NCBI GenBank assembly: GCA_963664705.1
Contig: OY761556.1
Span: 6,814,785 to 6,878,784, forward strand
Length of the DNA stretch: 64,000 bases
Reading direction: 5' to 3'
Source: Acidobacteriota bacterium
GTDB taxonomy: Bacteria > Acidobacteriota > UBA6911
How positions within the stretch are numbered: position 1 is the first letter of the stretch; the number at the start of each line of letters is the position of its first letter. Positions 37,001 through 46,389 of the stretch are shown in pieces. The notes beneath the pieces were generated by a model. The model had not been told where the DNA came from, ran no database searches, and was given only the letters and a program-made list of their open reading frames with translations. The position numbers were made by a program, and so were the translations under genes.

Positions 37001-38398
37001 CCGTCTTCCCGAGTCGGGTCAGTGGCTCTTTCTGTTTTCGATCCCAACGTCCGGAGCCCGTACATCCAGAGCCTGACGCTGGCAGTTACTCGCAACATAG
37101 GATCCTTCCTTACTGCGGATGTCCGCTATATAGGAACGCTGAGCCGGAAACAGCTGGGGGGCACAAATCTAAATTCCGTCAATTTTGTTAACAACGGATT
37201 GCGGGATGCTTTTGACTTGGCGCGAGCCGGACTGGAATCCCCGTTGCTGGATAAGCTAATTCTACCCAAAACGCTCACGGCCACGGGTATGACCGGAGCC
37301 AGCCAATTGCGCGCTTCCACCACGACCCTGAGGGCGCTGGCAATAGGCGATTACGCTTCATTGGCATCCGCTCTGGCGGCGACCAACGGTGTCCTCAAGC
37401 TGCCCTCCACTGTGAGCGGTGGTGTTCTCCGAAACAGTGGGACGCCAGAAAATTTCATTCTGACAAACCCCCAATATTCTTCCGCCAACTGGAATGCCAA
37501 TCTCGACAATTCAAACTACCACTCAATGCAGACGCAGATTACTCTGCGGCCGACCCATGGGCTCAGTTTCCAGGCCTCATATACCTGGAGCAAAAACCTT
37601 GGATATATGGGAACTGTAACGGACCCGCTCAATCGTGCCCTGGATTATGGAATCCTCAGCACCAACCGTCCGCACAACTTCTCAACGTACGGCCAATACA
37701 CTCTGCCGTTCGGTCCGAATGGATATCTATTCCGTAATTCTACCGGGCTGAAACAGAAGTTCGTGGAGGGCTGGAATTTGAGCTGGATTTCCTACCTATA
37801 CAGTGGAGTGCCTTCTTCCATTACAACAACCAACTCCATGTGGGCTAACGGGCAACCGGATCTTGTCCGGGCAGAACTGTTTTCCCGTGATAGCGGTCAT
37901 GTGGTATGGCCTGACGGCGCCCGGTATGGTCAATATTATGCGCGCCAAGATGGAACGCCGCTGTACACACGAGTCGCAGATCCTCAGTGTGATTCGGTGG
38001 CTTCCAGTCTGAAGGCCACTTGCCAGACAAGCCTATATGCTCTCGCCTATGTAAATCCAGATGGATCAACCGGGCCGGTTGTCTTCCAGCATCCGCAGCC
38101 GGGCGTCCGGGGTAACTTTGCGGCCAACCAGCTCCAAGCGCAGGGTAGATGGGGGATGGATATGTCTGCCAGCAAAAGTGTTCAATTCATGGAAGGCAAG
38201 AGCTTTACCCTGCGTTTCGATATCAAGAATGTGTTCAATCACGCAACCCCTTCAAATGGCAACACCACGTATAACTCACGAGATTATAACGTGAGTGGGC
38301 CTTCACTGGGGAATACCAGCAATACCAGCCCGTTCGGAAGCCTTTATTACAAGACCGGGCATAGAGTCTTCTCTGCGAAACTCCAAGTGAATTTCTAA
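34031..38398 (+). CDS. giant TonB-dependent outer-membrane receptor with an N-terminal carboxypeptidase-regulatory-like domain
   Basis: 1455 aa with a signal peptide, a CarboxypepD_reg-like beta-sandwich (LSGTVQDATKGVLPGATVTATNTATG..TTITNNAGVYNMPALQPGTYRV), a plug region, and a long beta-barrel ending in an aromatic residue (LQVNF). Confidence 0.85.
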   Translation: MPKKVVLYKWFALVAVLLPCFLVSVQAFGQTLSSLSGTVQDATKGVLPGATVTATNTATGVATTTITNNAGVYNMPALQPGTYRVSAQMNGFQTNIVTGVKLDVASQVRFNFELAIAGVSSQVEISTSADNLLLESSSTTGAVLTQDNVAKLPLLGNNIMELSNIMGGVVRQEDSIFYNDQQSFAGVKGGNINIQRDGVTVSDARYSSGIVSPSRLNPEMVSEFKMVLTPVDAEMGRGAGQVQVLTKSGTNTFHGSGVWSNLNTGIDANEWDNNRTGTGIDYSNVNEYTITVGGPLIKNKTFFFGSWNQNIVRMRSTVRTPVLTNCARKGIFRYFDGWIGANTQTSISRTANAQTRPVTDSQGNPLVPTDNVNGTPYSGVGTVPSYQGLNYFSVLGQLTPSARQQVLADPVNCSAYAPNGLSYDASLATQQGFNGIVAGSSWDTHRLGYDSSGYISRFSALMPVANDFYGGGSASWGDGLNVADHKWTRTTPGKDTVYGTGYDNQRRSLNFKIDHNISSNHKLSGAYSYEADDATAADQTWPMPNGFPGSTLRNPQTFSLNYTATLRPTLLNEFRFGLAYNWMHSEDPMTGIYGTQMKELLQKLLPTSDWPDWKSMPVVVGPGAYRTLFSPDTYIAQTPSETAVIATPIAASNPYGSRNWYQITWGGEDKRWTWGDTMTWVKGSHSFRFGGEYRWTRIGQQGNGTQGATWRSSGTTPFVLGGDGGIDTAAAAGFQNISGLVGTTKQGLNPTGSYQQAYNLLSYLSGSVGELRQWYFVNSAKNLSWNDPAKGELNQDLPILQREFSFFFKDDWKIANNLTLNLGIRYDYYGVPWVDRGMTVGLEGGSQSLFGGSQGGFSNWLQNNASYDASKETVLQFIGPDSPHPDQSAYNKDLNNFGPAIGFAWQLPWLGKGKTTVRGGYQASFVPVAAGASFAGIIGGATGTVYQAIYHGDANVRDGYMDMSMVRDMIPITKVPAIQAQNIQPLQKRTPSSRVGSVALSVFDPNVRSPYIQSLTLAVTRNIGSFLTADVRYIGTLSRKQLGGTNLNSVNFVNNGLRDAFDLARAGLESPLLDKLILPKTLTATGMTGASQLRASTTTLRALAIGDYASLASALAATNGVLKLPSTVSGGVLRNSGTPENFILTNPQYSSANWNANLDNSNYHSMQTQITLRPTHGLSFQASYTWSKNLGYMGTVTDPLNRALDYGILSTNRPHNFSTYGQYTLPFGPNGYLFRNSTGLKQKFVEGWNLSWISYLYSGVPSSITTTNSMWANGQPDLVRAELFSRDSGHVVWPDGARYGQYYARQDGTPLYTRVADPQCDSVASSLKATCQTSLYALAYVNPDGSTGPVVFQHPQPGVRGNFAANQLQAQGRWGMDMSASKSVQFMEGKSFTLRFDIKNVFNHATPSNGNTTYNSRDYNVSGPSLGNTSNTSPFGSLYYKTGHRVFSAKLQVNF

Positions 38399-38490
38399 GG
38401 GGTAGGTTATTTCCTCCAATCGCGGGAATTGTGACAAAGATGTCATGGTTCCCGCGAATCCTTAACAGACTGTGTGGGTAAGAGGTAGAT

Positions 38491-40263
38491 ATGAAATTTC
38501 GGGCATTATTTATGCCATCAATAATTCTTTTAACATCATTCATCTCATCCATGGGAATGGCAGCCGATGAAGGGAAAATTGTGGTTATGAATCCCCGAGG
38601 GATCATGCCGGAGATCCGGAAGATACCCATGGCTCCGCGATTCGACACGCTGGACGGAAAAACGGTTTACATGGTCGATACCAAATATCCGAATACCAAG
38701 CCGTTTGTCCAAGAACTATTCGCTGGGTTGCAGGCAAAATATCCCAAGACAACATGGATATTGCGCGACAAACTCGGAAGCTACATGGATGACGATCCCA
38801 ATTTATGGAAGGAAATCAAATCAAAGAACGCCGGGGCTGTGGTTCTCCTGGGCCATTGAAGCAGCTGTTCGCCGTCGGTCGTCGGCCATGCAATTACTCT
38901 GGAAAGAATGGGTGTGCCCACCGTCCCAATGGTCACGCAGCGATTTAAGGAACTCGTCACGTCGATTTCCTACAAGAAGGGGATTCCCAATATGCGGCTC
39001 ACGTATACCCCCCATCCCATCACCGATAGACCAGCGGATGTCTGTCGCAAATATGTGGCGGGGAGCGATCCGCTGAGCGGAAAACCTATGCTGGAGCAGA
39101 TATACAGCTCGTTAACCGCTCCCCTCTCGCAGGAAGATAGAAAAGCAGGTTTTCTAAAGAGGGATACCCGCGTACGGTTGCTTCCCCCGGATAATCCCAA
39201 AAGACTCATGGATTATTTCCACGAACAGGGTTTCACGGACGGAAACCCTGTTGTTCTTCCGACGGAAGAGCTGGTTACGGAAATGCTGAAAGCAACAAGT
39301 CACAAGGGTGATGAGTGGGTCGGCAGCATGCGGGCTGCTCCTCCGCATGAAGCCTGGTATTACACGGTTGAAATGGTTGCAATCAATGCGGTCATGGCCG
39401 GTGCTAAGCCTGAGTATTTCCCAACGCTTCTCGCGCTTGCATCCAAAGGAACCACTTCATTATTCAGTTCCACTTCCTCCTTTGCCAGGATGGTTGTACT
39501 GAACGGTCCTGCGGCAAAGGAAGTTGAAATGAACACAGGAATCGGAGCCCTTGGACCGCTGAGCCGCGCCAATTCTACGATCGGAAGATGTTGGACCCTG
39601 ATATCCAAAAATCTCGGTGCATCGGGGAAACCTGGAGAGACCTACCTGGGCAGCATGGGAAATCCCATCAACTACAACAATCTCTGTTTTGCGGAGAACG
39701 AAGAGGGATTGCCCGCTGGATGGAACCCGTTGCACGTGCAAAAAGGATTTAAGAAAAGCGATAGCGTTGTCAGCATTTTCAGTGGCTGGTCGATGAGCAA
39801 CATTGCAACGTACATGTCCATACCGATGCACGAACTTGTCCGTGGATGGCTGGAGCATTTCTTCTCATTCGGCCTGAATAACGCAACGCTGATATTAGAT
39901 CCGATTGTTGCAGCTGACATCGCTGCCAAAGGATATGGATCGAAAGAGGCTTTTGCAAAATACCTGGCTGAAAACACCGGAACTCCGGACTGGGTGTACT
40001 GGGGGAATCATCCCAAAGAACTCCAGCAAGCCAAGGAAGGCGTTGAGCCCTATGCCGCATGGCTGAGCAAGGGACCGGGCAATACTATTCCAGTCTCACG
40101 CTATAGAGCTCCCACGGGCTCATTGGGCTTTATTTCATCTAAAGGCGACTATAATTCGCGCACTTCGATTGAAGTTGTTGTAACCGGCGGAGGGACGAAC
40201 ACTTTCTGGGCTGGAGGCGATTTCAGTTATGTGGGGAGCGCGTCCGTGGATTACTGGAGATAG
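38491..40263 (+). CDS. exported U-x-x-C protein, a predicted selenoprotein (TGA 38857-38859 read as Sec); it merges ORFs 38491-38859 and 38908-40263
   Basis: The two ORFs are in the same frame with a single TGA between them. The read-through peptide is LLGH-U-SSC-SPSVVGHAITLERMGVPTVPMVTQRF. The segment between the TGA and the downstream ATG is conserved with the paralog at 54038-55843. N-terminal signal peptide. Confidence 0.7.
38871..38886 (+). other. SECIS-like hairpin 11 nt downstream of the UGA
   Basis: GCCGTC-GGTC-GTCGGC (5 Watson-Crick pairs plus one T:T mismatch, GGUC loop) starts exactly 11 nt after TGA 38857-38859. Confidence 0.5.
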
Positions 40264-40276
40264 GAGGCGGGAAAGC

Positions 40277-40846
40277 ATGAAATGCAGATTAACCCTTTTG
40301 GCAGCGTTCATGATGGCAGCGATTGCCTCATATGCACAGCAAATGGGAATTATAGAAAATAATTCCCCGTCGAATCCTGCAGCTGTCAACACGGCAGTTC
40401 GATCAATGGTCGAGCTTGGGTCGTCATATGCCAACATTTATGACATAACGATTGCAGTGATGGAGACTGTTCGTGGAAATGCTGCCATGGAACGCCTGAA
40501 GGCAGCCGATCCTAATGTCAAAACGCCTGCTGCTGGGTTCGAGTATGTGCTGGCACGCGTTAAGTTCGAGTTTAAGGGCAGGTATGTAAACGACAACCTG
40601 GCGTTTGATTTGGGAGATGAACCACTTCAATGGGTTGCGCTATCCGGAACAGACCTGACGGAATATGACAGAGTATCGATCTCCATCCCCAAACCTGCAC
40701 TGACGGGGAGAATCAAGCCTGGAAGTTATATGGAAGGCTGGGTTGGGTTTGCTGTCTCGCAGCAGGATAACAAACCGGTGATGGTGTTTGATCCGGATGC
40801 GGGCGGCGCCACAGGGCGCGGACGGACATTATTCTTTAGGCTGTAG
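40277..40846 (+). CDS. secreted beta-sandwich-like protein (DUF4352-like; unverified)
   Basis: AGGAGG lies upstream of ATG 40277. It has signal peptide MKCRLTLLAAFMMAAIASYAQ and begins 14 nt after the U-x-x-C protein gene. Confidence 0.55.
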   Translation: MKCRLTLLAAFMMAAIASYAQQMGIIENNSPSNPAAVNTAVRSMVELGSSYANIYDITIAVMETVRGNAAMERLKAADPNVKTPAAGFEYVLARVKFEFKGRYVNDNLAFDLGDEPLQWVALSGTDLTEYDRVSISIPKPALTGRIKPGSYMEGWVGFAVSQQDNKPVMVFDPDAGGATGRGRTLFFRL

Positions 40847-40863
40847 TAATCCCCAAAAAACTT

Positions 40864-40901
40864 GTGAAATCCGCGGCAACCGTTTTCCCCGCGGGTTTCA
40901 C
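40864..40901. terminator. candidate bidirectional terminator hairpin between convergent genes
   Basis: GTGAAATCCGCGG-(11 nt)-CCGCGGGTTTCAC has 12 of 13 positions complementary. It lies between the stop at 40846 (+) and the stop at 40951 (-). Confidence 0.5.
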
Positions 40902-40950
40902 GAGTTCTTCCGCCTTTTCGCCTATCAATTTCCAATTGAAGGTAGGTCTG

Positions 40951-43908
40951 CTACCTTAGTTTTTGAAGAAGAATATGAGCTTCTCGGAAATCAGCGGTCT
41001 CATGTCCTTCTTTGAACCACGAATATATTTGTTTGAGGCGTCTGTGGGCTTCTTTGGACCGGCCCAATTTCTGAAGGCATTTTGCAAGGCTGATGGTGGC
41101 GCGAAGCTCTAGGCTTTTGGTCCCCTGCTTCCGGGCAATAAGAATTGCGGTTTCCAAATAATACGTCATTTCTGCGAGTTGCAGATCTTTCGAATCCTGA
41201 GTCTTCTCCAGGGACATTTTCTGGAGAAGGCACTCTCCGTGGAGTCGATGCAGTTCGGCATCCATATGGTTTATTCCAGTACTGCCGGCCACATCGAGTG
41301 CCTCGCCCACCGCCTTCAGTCCTTCATCAATCTGGCCGCCATTTAGCAAAAGATCGGAATACAGAGTTAGCACCAGGGGTTTCAACCCGGACGCGCCATA
41401 GGATCGAATCACCTCCAGGGCGCAGCGTATCTGCTCAAACCCGTTCTCTGTCTGCCCTTTTTTGGCCAGCGCCCACCCATAAAGGCTGCGAATATGTGCC
41501 AGCCATGGCTCTCCAAAATTGTGTTCTACCGCAAGGTCGAATGCAGTTTTGGCATGCTCAAATGTCTTTTGGATATCCCTTCGTTCCAGATGGACTCTGG
41601 CTTTGAGCAGTCGGGCAAAGAGGCTGTTTTTCAAATCCTCAGCCTCACAGTCACGCAGAAGTATCTTCTCAAGACTGGCCAGGGCTCTATCTGGATAGCC
41701 GATATACCATAGAGCCAGCGCGGCCAGGGAATGGCTATATGCATTATTGCTTCTTCTGAAGTGTTTGAGTGCAGGTGCAAATTCACCATGATCCATGAGG
41801 AGCCATCCAAGAGCATAATGGGCATGATCAAGCATGGCAGGATTGCGGTCCATTTCAGCTACATGCATCATCCGTTCCGCAAAATCCAGGGCTGCCGCGT
41901 ATTCGGCATGAATCCAATGATAGCTCCACAATCCATATAGAGCCCGGTACAATATCGATCTTTTGGCGGATTGTTTCCGTGCACTCAGTTTCCGAAAGAG
42001 AAACCTTGCCGTACTGAACGCCAGCTTGGCCTCTTTATCGCCCATTCCGCGAGACAAAATTACAGCGTTGCCCAGGCAATTTTGCAATTGCACTTCGAGC
42101 TCGATACGGTCGGCGCTCTCGGGCATATTCGAGATCAACTGTAACCCCTGGCCAGCCAGTTCCAGAGCATCGTGGCCGGCATATCTGGAGATGGCCTTTT
42201 CTGCAGCGTTCAGATAATACTGCACTGCCTTCGACGGATTTCCTCCGCGATCCATGTGCATCGCCAGCAGGGAGGCCAAATCATCCTGATCGCTTTTTGT
42301 TCTTCGAAGGTATTCGGCTATCTTCCGGTGGTACTGCACCCGGACTTTTTCGGACAGAAGCTGGTAGAATGTCTGCTGATATAAAGAATGGACGAATTTA
42401 TAGCTGATAGTCCTTGCGCCGCCATAGATCGCAACCTGGATGAACTGGTTTTGTCCCGCAAGTGATTGAAAGGCCGCCGCCACAACTCCCGGTTTGCCTC
42501 CGATAATCGAGGCAACCCCCGTAGCGGAGAATTCCACCCCTTCAACGCTTGCAGCCTTCAAAAGTTCTTGTTCTTCAACGGTACATCTTAGGAGTTGTCT
42601 CTCAATGATCTGCTGAATGGTCGGAGGCACAAGCTTCGCGGCTGTCTTGAGATTATCCTCCAATACCCAACGACTATTGCGGAGCACCAAAATGTTTTGA
42701 GCCATCAGCTGGCTCAAAACATTTATCATAAAAAGCGGATTGCCGCTTGTCCTCTCGCGTATCCATGCGGCAAAGTGATTTGGTAATTTGTGGCTCGGAT
42801 AGCAAGACCGCAAGTATTCCGCTACCTCTGATTCATCAAGCGGAGGTATCGGCAGATCTTTGCAAAGTTGTCGCGCCTGCAATTCCTCCTTCATGCTTTT
42901 TAGGCGATCGTTGGAAGAAGTTTCCTGCGGGCGACAGGTGGCAATCAGCAGAAGTTTGGATAGGCCCTTTCTTTGCGTCCAATAGGATATGAACTCGAGA
43001 GTGGAGTAATCGCTCCAATGTAAATCCTCCAGAATCAATATCATGGGTTTTTCGCAAGTCAGGACTTCAAGTGCCTCGGCTATTTCCCTCATCATGTGTT
43101 CTTGGTTGGAACCAGTGGCAGACCAGGAAGTCGGCTTTTTTGCGGCTTGCGTCAACTTAGGCATCAGGGGCAACCAGAGTGGGGCGTGACGCCTTAAAAC
43201 ACTGGCAGTGCGATTCCTGTTGCCACTGCCGCTGATCCCGATGATAGCTTCTATAAGGGGCATATAGGATTCATTCGGTCCATGCGATATAACGCATTGT
43301 CCCCGGGCAATCAGGCCGTTCTGATACTTTTCGTTGGATTTGTCTTTCAAACTCTCTATGAATGCATCGACCAGCCGGGTTTTTCCGACACCCTCATTTC
43401 CAGAGATAAAGATTGTCTGCCGAGTACCGGCGGCTGCTTCCTTAAGTCCATTCTGTAACTGTGCCAGTTCAGTGGCCCTTCCTACCAGCTGTTGGTTGAG
43501 AACACCAGGCTTTCTGGCAGACGTTTCTATTAAAGCTTTAGGGCCGAATTCCTCAAAATACTGCTCATCGGTTTCCGCAATAAAACAAAACCCACGGCAG
43601 CTAACGGTCTCGATGAACTTGGGATATTTCGCACTGTCGTTGAGAGCTTGTCTTATCTCGGCTACACAATGATTCAAGGCTTCTTCACCAACATGGCTGC
43701 CCTTCCAAATCTCGCTAAGTAATTCGCGTTTTGTCATCAATCGCTTTGGCTGCTTGGCAAGCATCAGAAGAAGGGCATAGGTTTTTGGACGCAAGCGGAT
43801 TCTCTCAGGTCCTTTCCAGAGTAGCTCGCTCTCCACATCCAGAGAAAATTCTCCAAAACAAATATGGCGATGGGTGGTCACAGATTTTCCTAGGTTGTCC
43901 AAGTGCAC
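40951..43908 (-). CDS. large transcriptional regulator: OmpR/CadC-type winged-helix DNA-binding domain, P-loop ATPase and TPR repeats
   Basis: 985 aa. N-terminal trans_reg_C-like region (FGEFSLDVESELLWKG..RIRLRPKTYALLLMLAKQPKRLMTKRELLSEIW), Walker A FISGNEGVGKTRLV, Walker B ILILEDLHWSD, and a C-terminal half of about 450 aa of TPR-like helices. Confidence 0.8.
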   Translation of the reverse strand: MHLDNLGKSVTTHRHICFGEFSLDVESELLWKGPERIRLRPKTYALLLMLAKQPKRLMTKRELLSEIWKGSHVGEEALNHCVAEIRQALNDSAKYPKFIETVSCRGFCFIAETDEQYFEEFGPKALIETSARKPGVLNQQLVGRATELAQLQNGLKEAAAGTRQTIFISGNEGVGKTRLVDAFIESLKDKSNEKYQNGLIARGQCVISHGPNESYMPLIEAIIGISGSGNRNRTASVLRRHAPLWLPLMPKLTQAAKKPTSWSATGSNQEHMMREIAEALEVLTCEKPMILILEDLHWSDYSTLEFISYWTQRKGLSKLLLIATCRPQETSSNDRLKSMKEELQARQLCKDLPIPPLDESEVAEYLRSCYPSHKLPNHFAAWIRERTSGNPLFMINVLSQLMAQNILVLRNSRWVLEDNLKTAAKLVPPTIQQIIERQLLRCTVEEQELLKAASVEGVEFSATGVASIIGGKPGVVAAAFQSLAGQNQFIQVAIYGGARTISYKFVHSLYQQTFYQLLSEKVRVQYHRKIAEYLRRTKSDQDDLASLLAMHMDRGGNPSKAVQYYLNAAEKAISRYAGHDALELAGQGLQLISNMPESADRIELEVQLQNCLGNAVILSRGMGDKEAKLAFSTARFLFRKLSARKQSAKRSILYRALYGLWSYHWIHAEYAAALDFAERMMHVAEMDRNPAMLDHAHYALGWLLMDHGEFAPALKHFRRSNNAYSHSLAALALWYIGYPDRALASLEKILLRDCEAEDLKNSLFARLLKARVHLERRDIQKTFEHAKTAFDLAVEHNFGEPWLAHIRSLYGWALAKKGQTENGFEQIRCALEVIRSYGASGLKPLVLTLYSDLLLNGGQIDEGLKAVGEALDVAGSTGINHMDAELHRLHGECLLQKMSLEKTQDSKDLQLAEMTYYLETAILIARKQGTKSLELRATISLAKCLQKLGRSKEAHRRLKQIYSWFKEGHETADFREAHILLQKLR

Positions 43909-44260
43909 TGAGAATGCTGGGCAGAAAGGCCCATGACTCGGTTGTCGCTAAAACCCTTATTATCCCGTATTATTCCTTTATCAGCAATAACCTACAATAT
44001 TTGTTGATGCGCGGAACAGGAATAGACCAATTGATATAGGCTAACAGTTTCTTGCGGTTTCGTTCACATCACATTTCTTTTAGTTGCCAAAAAGCGTATC
44101 TTCCCTCCGGAATATGCAATAGCCATGGCTGGTAAGCGACGCTGGCCCGAGTACGGTACCCGGAATTGCTATTTGATGCATCTTAGAGGCGATTCTTGGT
44201 TTCGGGAAAATCTGGGGTAAGTAAGAAATTGATGTATAAGTGTTCATTTACTAAAAAGAG

Positions 44261-44347
44261 CGGAGGAAGTAGGATTCGAACCCACGAGGGGGTTACCCCC
44301 CTAACGGTTTTCAAGACCGCCGCCATCGACCACTCGGCCATTCCTCC
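44261..44347 (-). tRNA. tRNA-Ser (anticodon UGA)
   Basis: The reverse complement GGAGGAATGGCCGAGTGGTCGATGGCGGCGGTCTTGAAAACCGTTAGGGGGGTAACCCCCTCGTGGGTTCGAATCCTACTTCCTCCG has a 7-bp acceptor stem (GGAGGAA/TTCCTCC), anticodon loop CTTGAAA, a long variable arm, and a GGTTCGAATCC T-arm. CCA is not encoded. Confidence 0.9.
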
Positions 44348-44443
44348 GCAGTCTTAAATCGTGGGGAAAATTATACTTTCACTGCTGCATTTTGCAAGAT
44401 GAAACGCCGGTTGAGAACTCGGAAAGAATCGGATGCCCCCGAT

Positions 44444-44941
44444 TTACCGGGCCCGATAGACCAATTCGCTGCGAGGAGATGGATGATGAGCGAGCGATAT
44501 TGCCGCCGCCGCCCCTCCGAATACGGCGCCCATCACCGCCCCTACCTGAGCGCGTTCTCCGGCCGGCATGCTGTTCTGGTCCGCGATGGTGGCTGCGGAC
44601 GCATATCCCAGGCCAAACCCGATTCCGAAGAGAATGCCGCCCGCAATCCCGGCCACTTTAGCCTTCGAGCCCGGCCTCATCCATTGGACCCGCGCAACCA
44701 GATCCTTGAGATAGGTTCGTTCCGTGCCATCTTCCTGCAACAGGATCGAGTCTTCCGTCAGGCGCACGAATTCGCCGCTGATGGTGCCTCCGCGCTTCAA
44801 TTCAACCGTGATATCCGCCCGGGCGGGCAGGGACTGAACCTTATTCCAATTGCCGCCGGGCGGTTGAATCTCAACACTGCCAGCCCAGGCATTGGAGAGC
44901 ATTACAAATACTAACAATATAGATGTGAGTGATTTTCGCAT
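44444..44941 (-). CDS. secreted protein with a C-terminal glycine-zipper membrane segment
   Basis: 165 aa with signal peptide MRKSLTSILLVFVMLSNAWA and the Gly-zipper VAGIAGGILFGIGFGLGYA...AVMGAVFGGAAAA. Confidence 0.55.
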   Translation of the reverse strand: MRKSLTSILLVFVMLSNAWAGSVEIQPPGGNWNKVQSLPARADITVELKRGGTISGEFVRLTEDSILLQEDGTERTYLKDLVARVQWMRPGSKAKVAGIAGGILFGIGFGLGYASAATIADQNSMPAGERAQVGAVMGAVFGGAAAAISLAHHPSPRSELVYRAR

Positions 44942-45066
44942 TTTGATCTCCCGGATTTTTGAAGCTTTTTCCTGCGATCAATAGGTAATGCGAAAAACAG
45001 CGAAAAAACGGATCAGCCCGCCGCCGTGCTGCCCTCTGCTTCCTGCCACATCAGGCCTGGCAAACC

Positions 45067-46044
45067 CTATTTGGGAGCAGGGGGTAAGGGCCAGTTGCCG
45101 TCATAGGGTGGCCAATTGGGCACCAGCGCATCATCCTCCGGATAAAACATTGATGAGTAGACAGACCGAATCTTGCCCTGTTCAATCACGAACCACTCGC
45201 TGAATACGTTGCGGCGCATTGCAACGCCAGGTTTGCGGAGAAATACTCCCAATCCCAGCACGACGCCGGCCTCTTCATCGACAATGGGGAAGCGCCGGGC
45301 TACCACGGCAAAAATATTCCGCATGGCGGCTTCGTTCATACAGTCCGTCTGGCCTTTAAAAACCCCCACTGAATCCTGCGGCGTATCTTTCGCAACCTCG
45401 CGCTGCGTGGTGGAAAAGCCGTTCTCCAAGCGCACACACCCGGGGTGTGCCATCATGACTTTGCCGTTCTTTGCTGACAGCGAGTCGAAATAGCTGTTTG
45501 TGATGGCGATCAGATCATTGCGTGAGACCGAATCTGTCTTGGGCCGGACATTCTCCGGCGGCGGATTCTTCGTCAATTGTTCCGGGTCCCAGAACGAAGC
45601 ATTGGTTTGCGGGCCCGCGCCGACGCCCATGCCCGGGTCCCCCTTTCGTGACAGGTACCACTCGGCCTCCGATACCTTGCGATTTTCTATCTTCAGCCGC
45701 AAAGTCACGATAGCCGCTTCGCCCGATTTCTCCACGAGCGTTCCGAAGTAACCGGCGTTGCCTGTCACCGTGTCGAGGTATCGCCGCTGCACCTTGCCCA
45801 ACGCTTTTGCCGTTTTCCAGATCCCCTGTCCCGGGCGGCTTACCACCGAGTTTTCGGTTTGCCGATAACCGGGAGCCAATGGCACCGCCCCATGGTTGTT
45901 CTGTACCACCGCATTCAGATATTGATCGAGCAACCCCTTCAGACATGCCCGATCACAATTCTGGGCGAACGCGTTCGACATTCCCAGGCCAACGATGAGT
46001 GCCAATAAACAGCTTACTGAACGGATTTGCCTTGCCCGCGCCAT
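45067..46044 (-). CDS. secreted protein, member 3 of the paralog family
   Basis: The start is probably ATG 46044 (the ORF track extends to 46134). It has a signal peptide, and NCDRACLKGLLDQYLNAVVQNN...YRQTENSVVSRPGQGIWKTA aligns with members 1 and 2. Confidence 0.65.
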   Translation of the reverse strand: MARARQIRSVSCLLALIVGLGMSNAFAQNCDRACLKGLLDQYLNAVVQNNHGAVPLAPGYRQTENSVVSRPGQGIWKTAKALGKVQRRYLDTVTGNAGYFGTLVEKSGEAAIVTLRLKIENRKVSEAEWYLSRKGDPGMGVGAGPQTNASFWDPEQLTKNPPPENVRPKTDSVSRNDLIAITNSYFDSLSAKNGKVMMAHPGCVRLENGFSTTQREVAKDTPQDSVGVFKGQTDCMNEAAMRNIFAVVARRFPIVDEEAGVVLGLGVFLRKPGVAMRRNVFSEWFVIEQGKIRSVYSSMFYPEDDALVPNWPPYDGNWPLPPAPK

Positions 46045-46389
46045 GTTTGCCGCGCCGGCAGGTTGTCTTCCGATGAATCCGGCTGCAGTGTCTTTTGCCA
46101 TCCCATGGCTCTTTAATCGAAAATCTCTTTTCATAGGTTTTTTCCGATCCGTTTGAGGGCCGATCCGGAAACCATTCCCTGCCCGGCCGCCGGTGCAATT
46201 CGATTGGACAGCGCTCTGAAAATAGCTCCATTGTAATGAAATTGCCTATCGTCCGGAAGTAAAGATGCGGACCGAAAACCTCCCCTCCGACCCGGTCCCA
46301 TTTGATAGCGGGCCGACATAAACGCATTGTGTCGTGACCGGATTTATCCAATAATCGGCTGGTAAAACGAGACCATCCTGGGAGGACTT

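Noticed and set aside
38705-39076. 123-aa alternative-frame ORF spanning the TGA/recoding region of the first U-x-x-C gene
   Set aside because: It is out of frame with both conserved flanking segments. Its translation (Arg/Ser/Trp-rich) has no counterpart at the paralogous locus, whereas the in-frame read-through peptide is conserved there.
44261-44347. Possibility that the long-arm tRNA is tRNA-Sec (selC), which would support the predicted selenoproteins
   Set aside because: The anticodon loop CTTGAAA gives anticodon UGA, which reads Ser UCN codons, not UCA. The acceptor stem is 7 bp, not the 8 bp of bacterial tRNA-Sec. It is an ordinary tRNA-Ser, so the Sec machinery must be sought elsewhere in the genome.
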